The position numbers and the translations under genes are program-made. From Phoronis australis (taxonomy: Eukaryota; Animalia; Phoronida), in NCBI GenBank assembly GCA_002633005.1, contig NMRA01000048.1:686303-750302 (forward strand): a DNA stretch of 64,000 nt, in the 5' to 3' direction. This document shows, one piece after another, positions 37,101-49,911 of this stretch (the first letter of the stretch is position 1; the number at the start of each line of letters is the position of its first letter). Below the pieces are notes generated by a model that had not been told where the DNA came from, did not search any database, and was given only the letters and a program-made list of their open reading frames with translations.

Positions 37101-40100
37101 ATGAACTTAGAGAAATTGGCGCGAAACTCTTGCCTCCCAAAACGCCACTTCCGGAGTAGAGGACGATAAATTAATCAAACTGCAAAAAGCTGTAATTAAG
37201 TGAAAAATGTGTCTGGGATAATCAAAGCACCTTATTTTTGCTAAAAGTGACATGAAAAAATAAATACTGCTGAATTCGAGCTGTGCCTTTGTATAACAGG
37301 GCGGGGCTATCGGCAAAACAATTACAGAAACCAACAATGGTGGTACTCTCAGAATGTTCTTACCCTTTAGGAGGCCTGTGACTGTGCTTATGTCTAGAGT
37401 TTGGCCTTGAGGACGAAGCACTCGATGACCGACTGTTTTGTTTAAAATCTCGCCGCCTGAAACAAAGGCAACAGGACATGCATACTACAGGTTAAAAAAC
37501 AATTTACGTTTCATCTATTCATTGATCAATTAGTAAAAGATGCATCCATGTTACATTAATGACAATGAGTTATGGTCATTGCTGGTTTTGGATTTTAGTC
37601 ACACATTTTCGTCATCCAAAGAGTTCAGGTGATTTCTCAACATTGATTCCATTTTGCATGGACAAATGTACAAGCCACCAACATACCAACGCGCAAAATC
37701 CAGTGTGACTCGACTTAGCCAGAGTCTGTGTCAAAAATTTGAAGGTTCTATAGTCCGACAACAAAACTCGATGTCTCTAAAGTCCCAAGGTTCTACAGTC
37801 CGGAGGTTCTATAGAGCCTTCGAACTAAAGAACCTTCGGACCATAGAACTTTAGAACTACAGTGAACCTCTTGGTTTTTATTATTCTAAGACTATCGAGC
37901 CTTCGGACTTTTGAACCTTCGGATTATAGAGCATTTTTGTATTTCCTAACATTTTTGACATAGTTCGGATTCTGGATCCTTCGTTCCAATAAACCCTCGT
38001 ACTATAGAGACACTCAGACACATTCATTTATGTTAACAAATACCTCGTAGTGTCGTGACTTTTCCTGAGTTGTAAGAATATCTTTTCCGTCTCCAAACTC
38101 CACACAATGATTTCCCCATCATAGCTAGCCGTTGCCAGAAGGTTGGGAGGGCTGTAGGCTACGGCAAGGATGTCGTCTTTATGAACTTGACCCCCTTTCC
38201 AGCTGGTCTCTGCCTCAATATAATGATTCTGAAAGAGTATGATGAACTTCTTCGACTGAACATGGGGGGCGCATCATAGGGGGCTGGGGGCTGTAGACCC
38301 CACTATTTGAGTGCTGCCCCGCCCCTGCTGAAGTCATTGCAATTTCACGAAAATGTCAAGCGAAGGGAAAATGTCAGGATGAAATAAATAGACAACAAAA
38401 ATAGCTCATGGAGGCGGAGTAACTACTTACGTCGGGTTGAGAGTCATCATAGGTAGTAATCTTTTGGTTCCAACCCACTGCCAATATGAACTTCTTGTCC
38501 GTGAAAGGTATGATACCAGTGACTTCGGCATCGTCTACACTCTGTAGCTTGTGTAGATTGTGGCCATTTTGAAAATTCCAAACCTGGAAAGTAATCAGGC
38601 CACTCAATCTCCAAGCTCTGGTTGTAACACCAGCAAATCACAGAGCATCTAGATTCAGTAAAGTATCTTGTGACCCTCTCTTACTCGTGCCTGTTGTGTC
38701 GTACATTGTAGCATTCGACACATATTGTCGCGTGGGCGAGATTGGCGGTATATGTTGTCGCAGTCGGCATATATTGTGTCCCAGAAGACATTATGGGTCG
38801 ATTGCGACAATATACGTCACAAAGTGTCACCAACAGCAACAGTCCAATTGTGGAATTCAATAGAAGAAATTTTACAACATGGTACACTGTTGGCATTTTT
38901 AAAAGAATTGGCTAAATATAGGTCGATAACTACCTTGATCGAGCCGTTGCGTGCTCCAGTAACAAGCCTACGCCAGTTTCCATCAAAAGCCATGCAAGTG
39001 ATTTCTTCATCTCCGTGTGCGTGTGTGAAGAGAATCGCTTTATTGCCAGTTTCAGCGTCCCATAAACAAATGCTTGAATCATCGCTACCCGTGACCACCT
39101 AAAATGAATACATTTATTCGAATGTGATGCAAAAATGCAAAACACGTTGATATTCTACAACTTTGTCATGGGATGATCCGAATCACGGTACCAAAGCACG
39201 AAAGAACACCCAGACGTAGGCTATAGATGTGCTTAGGCTCCCCTTACCAACACGACCAAGAACGTCAACACCATGCCGTTTTCAGAGGTTACGCACATTT
39301 TCCCTTGGAAAGCTGTGCCTACCTCCTCCCTTTACGACATGCTACCCTTTACGACATGCTACCCTTTACGACATGCTAAGCCCGCCAGTGAATTATACTT
39401 ATTGATATAAACATTTGGTTCAAAATTCAAGAGTTGGACATTTTGCTTTCTTTTGCTTCAGATGATGTGGTGGAACACAATACTTTTCCAAACTGGTAAA
39501 ATCTAAGTAGAAAATTCAATTTGACTGAGATGTGGTCATAATCTGCATAATAGACATATTCGTACACCATAGTGAAATCTTAAACAAAGGTCTACCTGTT
39601 TGAAATACGGGTTATACAGAGCACAGCACAGGCCTGTGCTATGTGTTGTCGCCATCGTGGTGGTTTGTTGTTTAGACTTTCCAGTAACGATAACCCCAAT
39701 GTAATCACTGCACGTGAACACAGCAACGTTGTGTGGCGACGGTAAAAGTAGGGAGGGAAAGGGTCCGTGGTCAGCCAGTCGGCCGTGCAAGCTGCTGGGA
39801 AACTTTATGGGAAGGGTCTGTAGACACATGTGCTCTTTGACATCCCATACCTTGACAACCTGTGAACGAAACGCCGTTGAAATGACATGAAAAATCTGCG
39901 ACTACAATTCCAAGTATGAAAAATCCTTTTCTTCTTTTTCAACAACACAATCGAGCAAAAATAATATATTGAGCACAAATGTTACCGATCATATTTTTAA
40001 GCAAAATTTTACCAAAAGAGCATTGCTTTTGTTTCAGTATTCCTGCACGTTGAGAGAAGTAGGTCCCTACATAATAAAAACACGAAGTATGATCATTCAG

Positions 40101-43100
40101 TTTTGTTTGGACTATCCTAGGCGGATTGTTTTGGGGGGCAGGGTGCTCCAATGTCCCCTAACTCTTACTATAACCTAGATAAATGTACACAGCATGAATA
40201 CTTTCAAATAGTTGACTTACTGCGTCTTTGGAGTAGCTGAACACTTGCTGGAGGTCTTCGTGAATGACCACGCCCACAATGCTTGTCACGTGACCTTGGA
40301 GTATTGCTATAGGTTTATTAGTCACATACGGGTTCCACAGACGCACCGCGTGGTCAGCACTTCCGGTTACTAAGACATTGAGATTCTTGTTATAATCGAA
40401 GGTGTCGACACCCTAAAATGAACAAAGGGATGTATTGGAGTCCTGCGATCACTAAATGAACAAAGGGATGTATTGGAGTCCTGCGATCACTAAATGAACA
40501 AAGGGATGTATTGGAGTCCTGCGAGCACTAAATGAACAAAGGGATGTATTGGAGTCCTGCGAGCAGTAAATGAACAAAGGGATGTATTGGAGTCCTGCGA
40601 TCACTAAATGAACAAAGGGATGTATTGGAGTCCTGCGAGCACTACATTTGGAGCTCGTATAGTTTTGATGTTAAACCGAACATTCTGGTCATCCGCACAT
40701 ATACCATTAGTGGGATCGGAAAACATAATTATCGACACCTACACCATGGAAACTGCTGTTTACGACAGTTCTTGCTCGGTCTCACCATCTGTCTATCAAG
40801 TCCTCCTACTCTCACCTTTTGTAGTATGTTGGCAGCAAATTTTCTTTCAAATTATCTTTTTCTAAAATCAGCCCCAGCAGCGCAGGATCGAACCAGTAAC
40901 TCTAGTGTGGCAGCCAAACTCTCTCTGTCAGCCGTATTTAGTAGATTATTAACTGATTTTAGCGAAGGTCTGGTAGACGTTGGCAAGAATTGACGACTTG
41001 TAATAAAATCACAAAAAAGACGACTGGTTTTATTGTGTTTTCTTTGTTCTGGTCAAAGCTAATAGCCTAAAAAGTGTCCCGTTCATTAATAATCTTAAAG
41101 TTGCTACAATGTACACTAGCTCCTGCAGCTTCTTACTTTCTTAGAATCCTTCATAAGCTCGAAGTGACTTACCTTTTGGATATTGAAAACATATCCTTTG
41201 TTTTTCCGTTGGGTGTCACCTATTACTAGAGACGCTTTTGACGATGTGCAACTGGAGATGATACAGTCGTTCTCAACCATATACATAATCTTGTTGATAC
41301 TGTCGTTGTGGACATTCTCTAATGTGGAAAACTTGGCCCACTTTGTGTGATTGGCAATATCCTAGATTTGTGCAAAAAGTAATGTCAACTCATTAACTAA
41401 CCGTTACAATTGAGCGTGGTGATAATAGTAAAATGACAGTTCCAACCCATTTGTAACAAATTTTAAAAGAAAATCTAAAAAATAATAATGAAACAAAATG
41501 TGTTTGAACTCTCATTTGACAACTGTTATCATCAGTTTGCCAGGATAGCAGTGTCGACTCCTCCTCCATATTTTTGTGGAATGCGTTTATACCCTTTCCC
41601 TTTTTTACTTGGCGGCAATTACAGACATTCGAATGAAGCGGCTGTTTATTTTTTCCAAGATAGGCTTTAAATAAAGGAGGAGTTGTCGTTATCGTACAAC
41701 TTTAAAAGTTGGATATCGACAGTCGATATTCGATATTCAATCTGTGGTTGTTTTAATAAGAATCTCTTAGGTTTTAAGCTATTTTTTATTTAAAAAAGGT
41801 TTTAAAATTTACATTATACTACATTGAATACTGATCATTAAATGGGTCATCCTTACCGTGTGCTGCCGGATACGAATTTTTCAAATCAAATATAACTCTT
41901 TGAGACATCTGACATTGATGCAAATGGAACTAGTACATTGAAATAAGTTAAATTACTGTTTTGCCGTAAACTTACTTGGTGGAATATTTTTTGGACTCCG
42001 TCCTGAGATTTAAAAGTAATTGTGAAGAGTTGAGCATTTGGATTCGTGAAAGTGACGATTTGTATTGAACCACCATCGTCACCGTACAATAACAGTGATG
42101 GTCCATGCTTATCCTGCAAAATCAAAGCAAACGTTAAGCAAAAGCTTTACACTTTCTTACTCACATTTTTGTAGATCTCTCAAATTGCTCTCCTTTTGTT
42201 AGTCAAAAAGTATGATTTGACATTTGTACTGTATTCGCCCAGCGTACTAAAATTTTTATTAAAATTTCTATTTCAATCATAATAGAGAGTGTCCCAAAAA
42301 GTAATCCAAGATTTTCACCACAGAAGTTATGCAGGACCCTAGAAAAATGTCGACTTTGGCTAATTTTGCAACATCGTATCTCAGAAATGAACTTTCACCA
42401 CAGAAGTTATGCAGGACCCTAGAAAAATGTCGACTTTGGATAATTTTGCAACATCGTATCTCAGAAATGAACTTTCACCACAGAAGTTATGCAGGACCCT
42501 AGAAAAATGTCGACTTTGGCTAATTTTGCAACATCGTATCTCAGAAATGAAATTTCAGATACAACTTTTGTATACTCCTCCAAAACATTGATTGAACAAC
42601 GTTTTTGAGATTTCAGCTTAAACATCCATATCAAACCGGAGATTTGGTGGTGTTACTGATACCGTTGTTTTGCTATGAATGTGCCTTTCGATTTTGCCAA
42701 ATTTTATTAAAAGATATGGTCACGTGACCTAATAATTAGCAGATTGGTACAAAGCGAAAAGACAAATTCTGCAGGCCTTTTACTTTCAATATTTTAATGA
42801 GTTTTGCATTCTTGTAGTTATTTGTCTAAATGCACACATTTCACGTTAAAATTCTACGGTAACCTTAAATGGTTCTCAGCATAAGATTTTAGTCAAAAAA
42901 GTTATAGGACCTAGCAGTAAAAGTTAACACCCTCGAAATTCATAAAAATATATTCGGAAATCATTTATATTTTTGCAACATAGAATGGTTGTAATCTCAT
43001 TTAATATTTTGAGAAATTGTTCCTGTATCAGTTACGCCGATTCTGAAATTCAATTTGGAATATTTTTGAAAGCTGGAAGGTTCAGTTTAAAATCATACAA

Positions 43101-46100
43101 TATACGTTATGTACAATGCATATGACATTTTTACCTTTGCATCTGACCAGTAGTCCAGGCACATGGGAACATGAGGCAAACCTTGAAATAAAAATTAATT
43201 CAATATACACAAAAATCTAGAAGTGCCTTTTATTAGAAACTTCAAATGAAGAAGTCCATTGATTGTACCATTTAGCATATACGCATTTTATTTTTTCAAC
43301 TTTCAGTCAATGTATGGATGAAAAGACAAGAAGGTGACTGTAGAAGGTACATATGTAATAAGACATATGTACCGTCTACATTCTTTTTATCTTTCTTCTG
43401 CGTGTTTACACCTGTGTCATGTAAATGATGGTCCTTTTAAGTATTTCAAGATTTCAAATCAAAGTTAGGAAAACATTCTTTGGTTTTGTTTTGGTTTAAG
43501 GTAACCATAAATCACACGATCACACAAATATTGACGATAATTGACCGTTATGTCAGAACTTAAAAAGTGAAAATCATCGCGGCTCCACTTCGTAGCACAA
43601 AAACTACTTCGTGGGAAGTCAATGGCTATACAGTGATAAAGTAATTCTCATCCACTTCTATACATTGGAATTATCTAATTTAAGAAATTCCTTCGGTTAC
43701 TATTTCAATTCAAAGTAAAATCAAATTCCTTACCATACAAATGGAATTCCTCATAGTAGCTACTCGTGGATACATCGTAGAATCTGAGATCTCGACACGT
43801 CGAAGCCACTACAAGTTTGTTACAGTTTTTCATCAGACATGCGTCAGTGACCCACATTTTGAATCGCCTCTTCTGTCCGCGAGAATCTTCTTCTTCTTGA
43901 ATCATACTATAGGATTTCTCTAAATGCAGAGTTTTGCTGAACACTGACATGGAACCTTCCTGTAACGTCCAACAAATATCCAACATTCTAAACGAAAATT
44001 CAATGAATCGTACTCTCTCGTTCGTTTGTGATCCTAAAAACTGATATAAAATAAATGCAAAAAGTCCGGAATCAATGTGTCAACGGTTGCCAGATGTAAA
44101 GAAAATGGTTCATTAATTTTCCAAAAACAACGCGGTCATTACAAATATCATTTCAAAGGGTAATTGCAAAAATTACAACATGTCAATTAATTTTAAAAGG
44201 AAGTGGAGAAGATTATCTTCATACAGTTCGAAAAATAACAATTACCTTACTGATGGTGATGTAGCGTAAAGGGTTGTCAAGGGCAACGACTCGGCTCGTG
44301 GTCTCTTGCTGAAAATAGGTTTAAAATCGTTACGTTTTATCCCTACTGTTCCATAAAACCACATAATGTTTCCTGAACCTTCTGGGCTTGCTTTCCTTAT
44401 CGTAAACTCACTTACTGGTAACAAACGTGCAAAAAACATTTTATAAACACAGACTCAACTGTAGATCTTAAATGAGTTGTTGTATTGAACAATAAATAAA
44501 TGCAATCTTAAGAAAAAATTCAGAGGCTGTTCAAGCACGGGGCATTTTCTCTTTTTCAATCTTGATAATTTCACAAACAGTAGTGCGCGTGTTGTTTTGC
44601 CAAACCCGCTTTCCGATAACGTAATAATTATAACTGGTAACCTATGCATTTATTTTGGTGGAAACATGCCTGAAGTCTAAAATTACATGCCAGTCAAAGT
44701 GTCGAGGTTTCGAGTAATAAGACAGTGCCTGAAGGTCACGTCCTTCAACAGCGGGGGAGGTCGAATGTCACTGGCCTGGCAGAAGCAAAAGCAAAGAAAA
44801 GCACATTCACTTAAAACGTCGGATTATTTTGGATGAAAACTCTACGAATAAATGCTGAGGTGTTGTCTGAGATAAATTCGTGTAAATATATTCAAATTCG
44901 TGTAATTATATTCAACTTTGCGCATTTTATTTATGTATCATTGTTGTCGGTTATGTCATTTTAATTTGTGTCAAATCTGAAAATTGAATTACATGTCAAT
45001 GCACTTTCAAATGGTTGCCTACAACAGTTAATCGCATTGTAGCGCAGTCCAGGGGGCACACTTATTTTCTCTCTATCAGGGTATGTCTCGGTACTGTCAT
45101 GATAACACAGGACGCCCAATTTTCGACTACGCTGTTAGACACGTCATCTAAAATTCGACCATCTGTATTACACGATGTCTCCTAGTAAGCGCGTTTGCGT
45201 ATTTTTAACATCTAAAATTGACTCTAACACTTTACGTGTCGACAATCGAAGTGGGACATTTCCGTCAAGCAGTTCAAACAGATACGATCAAATACTCTCA
45301 CCCTATTGTGAACGATATGTTTAATCTTCGGTTCCACGACGAATGGGATTTCCTTTTTCATCCTCATGTAGTCGTTCTCTCTATACTGAAGTAACATGTA
45401 TGTGATGAACTCATCCCAATCCACATATCCATCACAAGACGTATCCAGCTGAAATTTTAAATATTTTCAAATAAGTGTAGTGTGTTATTTATCATATGTG
45501 ACAGTAATGTTCTATCATTATTTTAATAGTCTACAGGTAGAATGCTCCGCTTTTGAATTTCGTCACTATCGTGCCTGTGTTGAGAACAGTCTCGAGCAAA
45601 CTCGCGTGAACTGTCTTCACTTGATGGATACTTTATAGACCATTATAAGCGTGGATAAATACTCAGTTTGAAATGTACTTTCACCCCATAAATTTCTCGA
45701 AATTGTTCTTACTTTGGTGAATAATTTCTCCAACTGGTCATCGTACTCGTGTGACTTCAGCACCCCCGCTATCGTAGCTTTGAATTCATCCAGGTTTAGA
45801 CTGCCGGGCTCTCTCTGTATATATTTGGTTGGAGCATATCTTGAGGTCCCTTCCACTTTGATGGCAGGTGGATCATGATTCTCAAATATTTCCAAAAGCT
45901 CGTGCAGGTGTGGTAACTTAATGTGTTCCTCAAGACGCGTATTTTCCGGCTCACGATTGAAGCTGTGAATAAAAATTTCACGGTGACAATATATATATAA
46001 GTACTCTTTCCATAACGTTTTGCATGTACAAACATTAAGGGATTAACCGATGTTATCATTCGAATTCACCTATGGAACGCCTGGAAGTGAGATTCCTCAT

Positions 46101-48394
46101 AACTTAAGAGTGCCAAAATCTCACTTTGTTAAAACCTGATCTCGGTCATAACTAAAGGGTCACGCCACAAGAGCCATACTTGCGACACCGTCAATAGCTG
46201 CGACAATATCAAATGGACCGCCCTGTGGTAATCAAGTGTGAGACAACGTATTAGGTACAACTGGAGTCACGACCCTCAATAAGTAAAATCTTAGCTCCAT
46301 ATTTTTGTATTTTCATGTTCAATTTGTTCTTCTTTGTGTTTGAAAGGAAATGTTATTGATGTTTACGATTACATAATTACGACGATATTCGCTTGAGGTC
46401 TTTGTATATTTGACGGTAGTTCACAGCGAAACAATAAAGCAGAAAGCCAAGAGACAAGAAGATTAACGATTCCAATGACAGCTATATTTCGAGCGTGTTC
46501 TTGCTCCATTTATTTTAGAGCTGATGTCCATGCATATTACAAGGATTTTTCTGCACCCAAAATCAATTTTATACGAACCCTACGATAGCCAGACAGCAAT
46601 TTTCAATGTACGTAGCCTTTCACAATGTTTGTCTATTTCTTCCAATGATATCTTTGGTAATTAATTGGGAGACTTGTGTCATCTTAGAATGAATGTTTCC
46701 TTCATCTCGAATCTAGAATTGCTCCACTTATAGATTCTGGTTGATAATAGATCCAGTGAAGAGCCGTACATAGTTCTCATGGCTACGTCGAAAACACTCA
46801 GTCGAGGTCCCCGTACCTTGTGAAAAAGGGCCAAAGTGATAAATAAGAGTCCCGGTGTTCACGTGCAACTGCGTAAACGTTTCCACAACTATATTTACTG
46901 TTAACACATAACCTTGTATGTTTTATCATACTGACAAAAACATTTCTACTTGATCACGTTATCACAGTCACCATTTCATTGTTTATTGAGAGTAACTTAA
47001 CAGGTGTATAATAATATTCTAAAACAGCAAAATCGATAAAAATAAAAATGCACCATTGTGTCATAGTGCAGTTTGATGCAATACAAACATGCTGTTGTGA
47101 ATCAGACGCCAAGAAAAATATGGAAAATTGTCAGATTTTACCAACGCAACTAGTGATACACTTGATCATTGCATGCCCCATTTAAAGTGATAAAACTTAA
47201 TATAGATTATTATCAGATAAAACTATGAAACTAATACTACATTTCTTAAAATCTACCACTAAAATACTGCTCTATTATCCTCGTCAATTTCAAAAGTTTG
47301 AGGCACAATTGAAAACAGTATAGTCACAAAGTCTGCTAAATTGACAAGCGTGACTAATGCTTGAGGGAAATTTACGGACCCTTGGGGAAAGGCCGCTATA
47401 CTGGAGCCACCCTGCAGTTACAGTTTGTGACACAGAGAAGACGTGCTATACCTGAGTAACTTTTTTATCTATGAATGGGATGTGCTAATTTTGCAATAAC
47501 TATTGAAAGGATCAGTTATGGATGAAATCACTAAAGCAGGAATTAATATAGGATCCTTTTAATTATATACCTGGCGTGATTATTTTTTTCAACATTCCTA
47601 AGATAAACCTTTGCAATATGACTCAGTTAGGAATATGACGACATAATTCAGTATGGATAATATCCTTGTAGTTAACGTGACGCAGATAACTGTAGTGTCA
47701 TAGTAACCATCCATTCAAATTTTGAAATTAAACAAATAAGGTGCGTTTTACAGTTGCCAGTTCTCCCTACTCGCAAGTGGGACACTCTTCAATGTTTAAC
47801 AGAACGCCATCGTGCACGAGTAGGACACTCTTCAATGTTTAACAGAACGCCATCGTGCATTCTAGTCTTGTTGACATGTGAACGGTGTTTTATTATTGGG
47901 CGTAGTTTTTATGACGCTATAAAATTAGCCATCAGTCATACATGACATTTTGCGACACATTTGAACTGTTGTTCAGTTTATGTTACCAGTTTATATGGAT
48001 GCGTTAAAGTAGTTTTTTTTCGTGTCATGAGAGTTGACAAAGTAAACCTAACCTTACTCTTGTTCACCTCTATTGGTCTAAAGGAAAATTCCATATTTTC
48101 AAAAATGAAACACTTGACCACTGCTGAAATGGGGTTGGGCTCCCCAACGTCACCCCATGGCAGCTTTGAGGGGCAGGTTTAAAAATAGGTCGGGCTAGTC
48201 ATGCTATTTTTGGCCTTATAACTGCCCTTCAAAACAGCTTCTTTGAATGCACTGTCATGCCTCCACGTATGGGGTCTCTTCAGCTTATGAAGTTAGCAAT
48301 AAATCACCCACCTGACTTTTTTACTCGTCCTCGCGACGGCGTTAAGTGCTTTGAGCTTATTCTGAAGCTTCTTAACGATATCTTTATCAGCCAT
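31104..48394 (-). CDS. EF-hand + WD40-repeat protein, WDR49/EFCAB8/WDY-like ciliary family, 20 coding exons, ~1196 aa
   Basis: Phase-consistent GT-AG exons: 48312-48394, 45713-45962, 45302-45448, 44246-44308, 43734-43959, 43135-43181, 41976-42113, 41173-41361, 40221-40412, 39596-39859, 38934-39098, 38431-38583, 38044-38228, 36244-36526, 34948-35118, 34308-34395, 33222-33628, 32338-32463, 31592-31738, 31104-31370 (3591 nt, open throughout). EF-hand loop DTSCDGYVDWDE; WD repeats e.g. LVTGSADHAVRLWNPY, VTGSDDSSICLWD, LSASTDHTARMWT. Exact paralogue not certain. Confidence 0.9.
36915..37254. mobile_element. Foldback MITE with ~130-bp imperfect inverted arms
   Basis: CATGTCATTTTTAGCAAAAATAAGGT...CCGGAAGTGACGTTTTAGGAGGCA pairs with TGCCTCCCAAAACGCCACTTCCGG...ACCTTATTTTTGCTAAAAGTGACATG. 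Confidence 0.8.
37720..38020. mobile_element. Degenerate repeat element with short internal direct and inverted units
   Basis: Units of AAGGTTCTATAGTCCG on the left and their inverse (AACCTTCGGA.TATAG) on the right. Confidence 0.45.
39329..39378. repeat. Tandem repeat, 17-bp unit x3
   Basis: CCTTTACGACATGCTAC repeats. Confidence 0.85.
40413..40641. repeat. Minisatellite, 38-bp unit x6, abutting an exon acceptor of the WD gene
   Basis: CTAAATGAACAAAGGGATGTATTGGAGTCCTGCGATCA at 40413, 40452, 40490, 40528, 40566 and 40604. Confidence 0.95.
42313..42552. repeat. Tandem repeat, 80-bp unit x3
   Basis: TTTCACCACAGAAGTTATGCAGGACCC... at 42313, 42393 and 42473. Confidence 0.95.
47780..47859. repeat. 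Tandem duplication, ~43 bp x2
   Basis: GGACACTCTTCAATGTTTAACAGAACGCCATCGTGCA twice. Confidence 0.85.
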
Positions 48395-48926
48395 TTTACC
48401 GTCGACAATCCGACGGTTTCAGAATCATTTAGATGAATATCTCCCCCGACTGCTGTTCATAAATTTTTGTGGATCAAGTGTTATTACAGCCTGCGTAGTG
48501 ATACTGTCGATAGTTACAGAGAAAATCAATTACTGTTATATGTGCATATGCACGCTAAATAAATCTTGATTTACAAACACGGACTCGATGTAATTTATCT
48601 GTGTGACTTTGTCTTGCTTGACAAGTTACATTAGTAAAGTATATAAAGGCAATGGGTAACCACGGTTCAATTAAGTATTAAAATGATGGAACCACTGAAT
48701 CTGGATAAAATTTTCGGTCCTGAATGATTGCTGGAATAGGTATCGATAAGGTACTTGTAGACGTAAGATTTATCACCCTTTTCTACTTTTAGATTTACGA
48801 GGTGTGACAAAAATATCACCAAGTATAATATTTGAAGCGTTGACAGGGATGCCCTCAGACAAAGTATTCAAATGTACACATAAACTTTAAAATAAAGTCA
48901 TAGCACAGCTAATATGAGTATGTTTT

Positions 48927-49182
48927 CATGCGCGCACCCAGGGGGGCTCGGGGGGGGGCTCGAACGAGTCCCCCCACTTAGTGAAGAGGGCAAAAAGGTC
49001 CACACCAGAGAAACAAAAGTTCGAGTAAACGAGACAAAAGTGCACTAAAAAGACGCAGACGCACAATTCACAGTTGGGAATGTGGTACCCCGTTTTTTTA
49101 AACCTCCCGATTTTTTGTCAACAAAAGGTCCACATCGACAGAAATTCGAACTCCCCCATTTTGAAGGCTGGGTGCGCGCATG
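48927..49182. mobile_element. MITE with perfect 15-bp TIRs and 5-bp TSD GTTTT
   Basis: CATGCGCGCACCCAG ... CTGGGTGCGCGCATG, with GTTTT at 48922-48926 and 49183-49187. Confidence 0.88.
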
Positions 49183-49822
49183 GTTTTAACCTTTCGTAGG
49201 TACATTTAACAATGAGGGTACGCCAAGATATCATGTTATTATGTCAAGGTAGCACTTTGGATGATTCATTAGCAAATCATAATTTTTGCAATGAGGTGAA
49301 AGAAGTATGATATGTCACTTGTGGCCGCTGTTTCTTGGTAATGCTCGTTTTAATTTATGAGTATATATATCTAGCATTAGTGTCCAATACACGGAGTCAT
49401 TATTCTGACGACAGTAGCAATTCTTTAGAAACGCCAACAGCTGTGATGAATGTCAAAATCCTTGATATATATATATCTTTAAAACTGCTTTAAGACAGAT
49501 TTTTGTGAAAAACAATATTTTTTTTATTTTGTCTACTATTTGTTATAATTTTGCTTTTTACTCAGATCAGAAATGAATAAACTTGTGGAGAACTGACCTT
49601 TCACGAGTGCTTAAAATCACATTCATTAAGAATGTCTTGCCACTACGGGCCATTTTATACGCCGAGCATGGCATTTTAAAAAAAACAATAACGCCACCGG
49701 CAGTTTTTCCCGATCGCTTGTCACCTGATAAAGTGAGGACAATTAACTTGAGGTCAGTTTTATAACGACAAGTAGTCCAAGTCAAAAGTTCTTTTGTTGA
49801 CAATAGCACTAACTTCCGTTAC

Positions 49823-49911
49823 CTTTCTGTTTTAATTTTTTCATCTTCATCCACCGGTGTTTCTGTTCCAGTATCGGATAGTCTCCGGTTTTGTGGCAAA
49901 CTCAAATACAT
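49823..49911 (-). CDS. Candidate alternative first (or cassette) coding exon of the WD gene: MYLSLPQNRRLSDTGTETPVDEDEKIKTE
   Basis: ATG to AG|GTAACG donor, 89 nt, phase 2, in frame with exon 45713-45962. Confidence 0.6.

Noticed and set aside
44680-44776. Extra WD-gene exon after a pyrimidine-rich acceptor near 44776
   Set aside because: In-phase translation hits TGA after nine codons, and the gene is continuous without it.
46070-46080. 11-nt micro-exon (CTTCCAG|GCGTTCCATAG|GTGAAT) in the first WD-gene intron
   Set aside because: Its length would break the phase-2 junction; probably chance splice-like motifs.
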